A DNA stretch of 64,000 bases from contig CAVZPE010000004.1 of assembly GCA_963776915.1 (NCBI GenBank), positions 513,812-577,811 of the forward strand, written 5' to 3'. Of the stretch, positions 59,956 through 64,000 are shown piece after piece (the stretch's first letter is position 1; every line of letters begins with the position of its first letter). Made by a program: the position numbers and the translations under genes. This DNA comes from an uncultured Acidobacteriota bacterium. GTDB taxonomy: Bacteria > Acidobacteriota > Thermoanaerobaculia > UBA5066. The notes under the pieces were generated by a model that saw only the letters and a list, made by a program, of their open reading frames with translations, was not told the DNA's origin and did not search any database.

Positions 59956-60911
59956 GCGGGCCCGGGGGCGTCCTCGCGATCCTCGGCCCGACGGCGACGG
60001 GAAAATCCGAGCTGGCCGTCGCCCTCGCCGAGCGGCTCGGCGGCGAGATCGTGTCGGCGGACGCGTTCGCCGTCTACCGCGGGTTCGACGTGGGGACCGC
60101 CAAGCCGGGGCCCGAGCTGCGCGCGCGCGTGCCGCACCACCTCGTGGACGCGCGCGAGCCCACGGAGCCCTGGAGCGCGGGAGAATTCGCCGCCGAGGCC
60201 CGGCGGCTCTGCGGGGAGATCCTCGCACGCGGTCGGCTTCCGATCCTCGCGGGCGGAACCGGCTTCTACGTTCGCGCGTTCTTCGGCGGCCTCTTCGAGG
60301 GCCCGCGCCGGGACGACGCCGTCCGCCGCGCCCTCGAGGCCGTCTCGGCGCGGCGCGGGCCGGGCTCCCTCCGGCGGATGGTCTCGCTCCTCGACCCGGA
60401 GACCGCCGTTCGCCTCGCGGACGCCGACACCTCCCGGGCGATCCGCGTGCTCGAGATCCTGTTCCTCTCGGGCGTCCGCCCGTCCCGGCTCTTTCGCGAG
60501 CGGCCCGGCGCGGCGTGGACGCGGCCGGCGGTGAAGCTCCTCCTCACGTTGCCGCGTGCGGACCTCCATGACAGAATCTCGGAGCGATTCCGAACACGCT
60601 TTGTGACCGCGTTCCCGCATGAGGTCCAGGGTCTGCTCGCCGCCGGCGTGCCGGTCTCGGCGCCCGCGTTCTCGGCCATCGGGTATCGTGACACCGCTGC
60701 GTTCCTCGAAGGAACGCTCTCGGAAGCCGAGTGGAAGGAGCGGATCCTGAGGGACACGCGCCGGTACGCCAGGAGACAGGAGACCTGGTTCCGAAGGGAA
60801 CCGGGCCTCCTGCCGGTGTCGGCGAAGCGCCCCGACCTCGTCGATTTCGCGGAGCGCCTCGCGCGCCCGCTTCTTGCTTCTTCTCCGGGGAGCGAAGGGA
60901 GCCTTGCATGA
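59952..60911 (+). CDS. miaA: tRNA dimethylallyltransferase
   Basis: The GTG overlaps the comEC stop (GTGA). The sequence reads LAILGPTATGKSELAVALAERLGGEIVSADAFAVYRGFDVGTAKP..PILAGGTGFY. Confidence 0.85.
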   Translation: MSGPGGVLAILGPTATGKSELAVALAERLGGEIVSADAFAVYRGFDVGTAKPGPELRARVPHHLVDAREPTEPWSAGEFAAEARRLCGEILARGRLPILAGGTGFYVRAFFGGLFEGPRRDDAVRRALEAVSARRGPGSLRRMVSLLDPETAVRLADADTSRAIRVLEILFLSGVRPSRLFRERPGAAWTRPAVKLLLTLPRADLHDRISERFRTRFVTAFPHEVQGLLAAGVPVSAPAFSAIGYRDTAAFLEGTLSEAEWKERILRDTRRYARRQETWFRREPGLLPVSAKRPDLVDFAERLARPLLASSPGSEGSLA

Positions 60912-61168
60912 TCGGACCGCCGAAACCGCCCATCAACGTCCAGGATGGGTTTTTCTATCAGCTCCGGAAGGACAACACCGTCGTCGAGGTGACGCTGCTC
61001 TCGGGACGCACGCGGATCGGACGCATCCGCCGCTTCGACAAGTACGCCGTGGTCGTCGAGGTCGATGGCCGCGAGGAGATGATTTACAAGCACGCGATCG
61101 CGTCGGTGGCCTCGACCGGGACGAACGTCCCGTCCGTGCCCCCGCCCGTCCGGACTCCCGCGGTTTGA
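60908..61168 (+). CDS. hfq: RNA chaperone Hfq
   Basis: The ATG overlaps the miaA stop (ATGA). INVQDGFFYQLRKDNTVVEVTLLSGRTRIGRIRRFDKYAVVVEVDGREEMIYKHAI contains the Sm1 and Sm2 (YKHAI) motifs. Confidence 0.8.
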   Translation: MIGPPKPPINVQDGFFYQLRKDNTVVEVTLLSGRTRIGRIRRFDKYAVVVEVDGREEMIYKHAIASVASTGTNVPSVPPPVRTPAV

Positions 61169-62175
61169 CGCGCCGGCTCGCCTTCGCGCTCGCCGTCCTC
61201 GTCGGGGTGGCCGCGGGGTGCGCGACGGCGCCGCCGAGGGAGGATCCGGTGGTCGTCCGCGCCCGCGAGACCGCGGCGCGCGCCGAGACCGCGGCCGCCG
61301 AGGGCCGGCTTCGCGACGCGCTCGACGGGTACCGTGAGGCCGGCCGCCTCGCTCCGTCGGACGCACGCTACGCCGCGCGCGAGAAGGAGCTGCGGGACGA
61401 GATCGTCGTCCGCCGGGCCCGGGAGGCCGACGAGGCCCTGAAACGGAAGGACGTCGCCGCGGCCCGGCGCGCCGCGCTCTCGATCCTGGAGGTCGACCCG
61501 CACGCCGCGGCCGGGTACCGGGCGCTCGCGAAGGCGGCGGAAGCCGAGGGCTCCCTCGACGACGCCTGGTCCGCCGCGAAGCGCGCGCACGAGAGCGATC
61601 CCGCGGATGCCGCGCTCACGGAGTCCCTCGCCCGTCTCGCCACGAAGACGGGGCGCTGGGCGGAGGCCGAGTCGCTCTACACGGAGCTCGGCAGGACGGA
61701 TCCGGCGTTCTGCGAGAAGGCCGCCGCCGCCGGATTCGAGTTCCGGGTCCAGAATCTTCCGGCGCCGGCGCGGAGGGCGGCTTTCTCGCCGCGCCTGACG
61801 CGCGCCCAGCTCGCGGCGCTCCTCGTCGAGCTCTCGCCGGAGGTGCGCGAGGCCGGGATCCCGCCGGGGGCCGACGTCGCCGTGGACGTCGTGGACCGGC
61901 CGGAGCGCGCGGCCCTCGTGCGGACGATCGGGCTCGGGTTCTTCCCGGTGTCGCGGGACACGCACCTCGTCGGCCCGGACGTTCCCGTCTCGCGCCCCGA
62001 GATGGCGTCTCATCTCAGGAGGCTCGCCGCGCTGGCGGGCGGCGAGCTCCCGTGCGCCGCGTCTCTCGCCGAGTGCGGCATACTTCCGGAAGGGTCCCGG
62101 CAGGTCAGCGGGCGGGAAGCGGTGGCCGCGATCGAGGCGACCCTGCGGATGGCCCGCCCAGGAGGATCGCGATGA
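61165..62175 (+). CDS. Lipoprotein with TPR-like repeats
   Basis: The TTG overlaps the hfq stop (TTGA). The signal peptide and lipobox read LAFALAVLVGVAAGC. An Ala-rich helical-repeat region follows. Confidence 0.55.
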   Translation: MTRRLAFALAVLVGVAAGCATAPPREDPVVVRARETAARAETAAAEGRLRDALDGYREAGRLAPSDARYAAREKELRDEIVVRRAREADEALKRKDVAAARRAALSILEVDPHAAAGYRALAKAAEAEGSLDDAWSAAKRAHESDPADAALTESLARLATKTGRWAEAESLYTELGRTDPAFCEKAAAAGFEFRVQNLPAPARRAAFSPRLTRAQLAALLVELSPEVREAGIPPGADVAVDVVDRPERAALVRTIGLGFFPVSRDTHLVGPDVPVSRPEMASHLRRLAALAGGELPCAASLAECGILPEGSRQVSGREAVAAIEATLRMARPGGSR

Positions 62176-62858
62176 ACGTCACGGAGCTCTTCTCCAAGGT
62201 CCCACTCTTCGAGGGGATCGCGCCGGAAGACCGTGTCGCCCTCGCGAAGGCCGCGGCGCTCCGGACGTACCGGCGCGGCGAGACGATCGTCGAGCAGGGC
62301 GAGCCGGGCGACGCGTTCTACGTGATCGTCAAGGGCCGGGTCGCCGTCGCGATCGTCGCCCCCGACGGCCGCGAGGTCGTCCTGAACTCCCTCGGCGAGG
62401 GCGACCACTTCGGCGAGATGGCGCTCCTCGACGACGCCCCGCGGTCCGCCAGCGTGATCGCCCAGGAGAAGTCCGAGCTCGCGATCCTCTCGCGCACCGT
62501 CTTCTTCGACCTCCTGAAGTCGAATTTCGTCCTCACGCGCGGCCTCCTCGGGGCGTTCTCGGCCCGGCTGAGGCGCGCGAACGCGACGATCGAGGGACTC
62601 GCCTCGCTCGACGTGAAGGCCCGCCTCGCCCGCTACTTCCGCGAGCTCGCCGAGACGCGCGGGCGGAAGGCCGGAGGCGGCTGGTCGGTCGTCGTGCGGC
62701 CGTCCCAGCGCGAGATCGCCGACACGATCGGCTCGTCCCGCGAAACCGTCTCGCGCACGATGTCCCAGATGGCGGTCGAGCAGCTCATCGTCCCGAAGGG
62801 CAAGGCCGTGTACGTCAGGCTCGAAGGGGGCGACGCGGGCGTGGCGCCGTCCGCCTGA
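62172..62858 (+). CDS. Crp/Fnr-family transcriptional regulator
   Basis: The ATG overlaps the upstream stop (ATGA). The cNMP-binding motif is GDHFGEMALLD..RSASV. The C-terminal HTH is SQREIADTIGSSRETVSRTMSQM. Confidence 0.85.
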   Translation: MNVTELFSKVPLFEGIAPEDRVALAKAAALRTYRRGETIVEQGEPGDAFYVIVKGRVAVAIVAPDGREVVLNSLGEGDHFGEMALLDDAPRSASVIAQEKSELAILSRTVFFDLLKSNFVLTRGLLGAFSARLRRANATIEGLASLDVKARLARYFRELAETRGRKAGGGWSVVVRPSQREIADTIGSSRETVSRTMSQMAVEQLIVPKGKAVYVRLEGGDAGVAPSA

Positions 62859-62868
62859 GGGGAAGCCC

Positions 62869-63459
62869 GTGGAGCTTCGCCCCTGGACGCTGCCGAACTT
62901 CCTGACGTTCGCGCGGCTCGCCGCCCTCCCGTTCCTCGTGATGGCGATCCTGGACGGCCGCGCGTGGGCGTCGCTCGTGATCTTTCTCGCGGCCGCCGTC
63001 ACGGACATCGTGGACGGATACCTCGCGCGCCGGTTCTCGATGGGGTCTCCGCTCGGGGCGTGGCTGGATCCGATCGCGGACAAGCTGTTCCTCGTCTCGT
63101 CCTTCGTCGTCTTCGCGCTCCCGGGGACTCCGACGTCCGTGCGGATCCCGATCTGGCTCCTCGTCCTCACGATCTTCCGGGACCTCCTCATCCTCGTGAC
63201 CTGCCTCGTGCTCTTCCTCGCGCTCGGGATCCGGTCCTTCCCGCCGTCGGTGCTGGGAAAGCTCACGACGTTCCTCGAGGTCTCGACGGTCACCGCGATC
63301 CTGCTCGCGAACGTGGGGCGCCTCGAGCCCGTCGTCGCGACCGTCTGCATGTGGCTCGTCGCCGCCTTCGCGACCGTCTCGGCCCTTCACTACTCGTGGC
63401 GGGTCGTCACGCAGCTCCCGCGCGGCCCGCACCCGCCGGCCGCCGCGGCCGCCCCATGA
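62869..63459 (+). CDS. pgsA: CDP-alcohol phosphatidyltransferase (PgsA-like)
   Basis: This is an intact 196-aa ORF. It carries the motif DIVDGYLARR..G..LDPIADK and several TM segments. Confidence 0.8.
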   Translation: MELRPWTLPNFLTFARLAALPFLVMAILDGRAWASLVIFLAAAVTDIVDGYLARRFSMGSPLGAWLDPIADKLFLVSSFVVFALPGTPTSVRIPIWLLVLTIFRDLLILVTCLVLFLALGIRSFPPSVLGKLTTFLEVSTVTAILLANVGRLEPVVATVCMWLVAAFATVSALHYSWRVVTQLPRGPHPPAAAAAP

Positions 63460-63737
63460 GCCCCGCCGGCCGGCTCTTCCGGCGCCGCGGTGCGGCGCCG
63501 CCAGCGCTGCGCCTCCTGACGCGCCCCGGCTGTCATCTCTGCGACGAGATGAAGACGAGGGTCGCCCCGATCGTCGCCCGCCTCGGCGGCGCGCTGACCG
63601 AGGTCGACGTCGATTCGGATCCCGGGCTCTCCGCGCGGTTCGGCCTCGAGATCCCGGTCCTCCTCGACGCCGAGGGGCGGGTCGTCGCGAAGCTCCGCGA
63701 CGGCGCCGAGCGGATCGCGAAGCGTCTCGGGGCCTGA
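63456..63737 (+). CDS. Glutaredoxin-like small protein (DUF836-type)
   Basis: The ATG overlaps the pgsA stop (ATGA). It has a CxxC motif (RPGCHLCDEM), and the sequence LEIPVLLD is typical of this family. Confidence 0.65.
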   Translation: MSPAGRLFRRRGAAPPALRLLTRPGCHLCDEMKTRVAPIVARLGGALTEVDVDSDPGLSARFGLEIPVLLDAEGRVVAKLRDGAERIAKRLGA

Positions 63738-63758
63738 GCGGCCCAGAATGCGGGGACG

Positions 63759-64000
63759 ATGAGGCTCCCGGCGGCCGCGCTCCTGCTCCTCCCGGCGCTC
63801 GCGGGTCCGCTCCGCGCCGAGCGCCTGCCCGTCCAGCGCCACGGCGTCGCGGAGGGCCTCGCCGAGGAGACCGTCACGGCGCTCCTGAAGGACTCGCGCG
63901 GCTATCTCTGGGTGGGCTCGCTCAACGGTCTCAGCCGGTTCGACGGCGAACGTTTCCGCGTCTACGGCGCCGGGGACGGACTCCCGAAGCCGCGCATCTT
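63759..64000 (+). CDS. Secreted/periplasmic two-component-regulator propeller (Reg_prop) protein, N-terminal fragment (continues past the right edge)
   Basis: It is not in the ORF track because it is open at the edge. The signal peptide is MRLPAAALLLLPALAGPLRA. It is followed by VAEGLAEETVTALLKDSRGYLWVGSLNGLSRFDGERFRVY, the Reg_prop repeat pattern. Confidence 0.6.
   Translation, partial: MRLPAAALLLLPALAGPLRAERLPVQRHGVAEGLAEETVTALLKDSRGYLWVGSLNGLSRFDGERFRVYGAGDGLPKPRI

Noticed and set aside
1-64000. A prophage, defence island, secretion-system or biosynthetic gene cluster.
   Set aside because: I found no integrase, capsid, terminase, Cas, restriction, PKS/NRPS or secretion ATPase genes. vapBC is the only classical accessory module.

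Overview
This is a 64-kb chromosomal segment from a high-GC bacterium, about 70% GC by eye. The gene content (Ser/Thr kinases fused to TPR or WD40, PD40 and PKD secreted proteins, PhaR/phasin, a liu operon) resembles Acidobacteriota- or Myxococcota-type genomes. Taxonomy cannot be fixed from sequence alone. I can support about 58 protein-coding loci, 2 tRNAs (Glu-UUC, Lys-UUU) and a few hairpin terminators. I found no rRNA, CRISPR array, transposase, integrase or prophage genes. Recognisable genes are dcp, purA, hutH, hutU, pssA, rimI, tsaB, mutS, nagZ, ssb, murJ, vapBC, an S2P protease, IHF/HU, a leucine-catabolic cluster (mccB, LEA_2, liuC, mccA, hmgL), valS, birA, an rlmD-like gene, comEC, miaA, hfq, a crp-family gene and pgsA. 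Two things stand out. (1) There is a family of AT-rich palindromic mosaic repeats that I do not recognise. Each has polypurine/polypyrimidine arms, an inverted core GAAGATTTCTTCGAAGG / CCTTCGAAGAAATCTTC and a GC-rich hairpin loop. I count about 30 core copies between 14 and 57.3 kb, in intergenic DNA and also in-frame inside ORFs (mccA, the ArsA-like pair, valS, the rlmD-like gene, nagZ termini, a LEA_2 gene and a hypothetical gene). This is the best candidate for something novel. (2) About 20 loci, including essential valS, are interrupted by roughly 50 single-base frame changes, while neighbouring genes such as mutS, purA and mccB are intact. I list those loci as frame-disrupted as assembled. 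I suspect assembly indels rather than real decay, but this cannot be settled without reads. Long Arg/Gly/Pro-rich antisense ORFs in the six-frame track are GC artefacts and were ignored.
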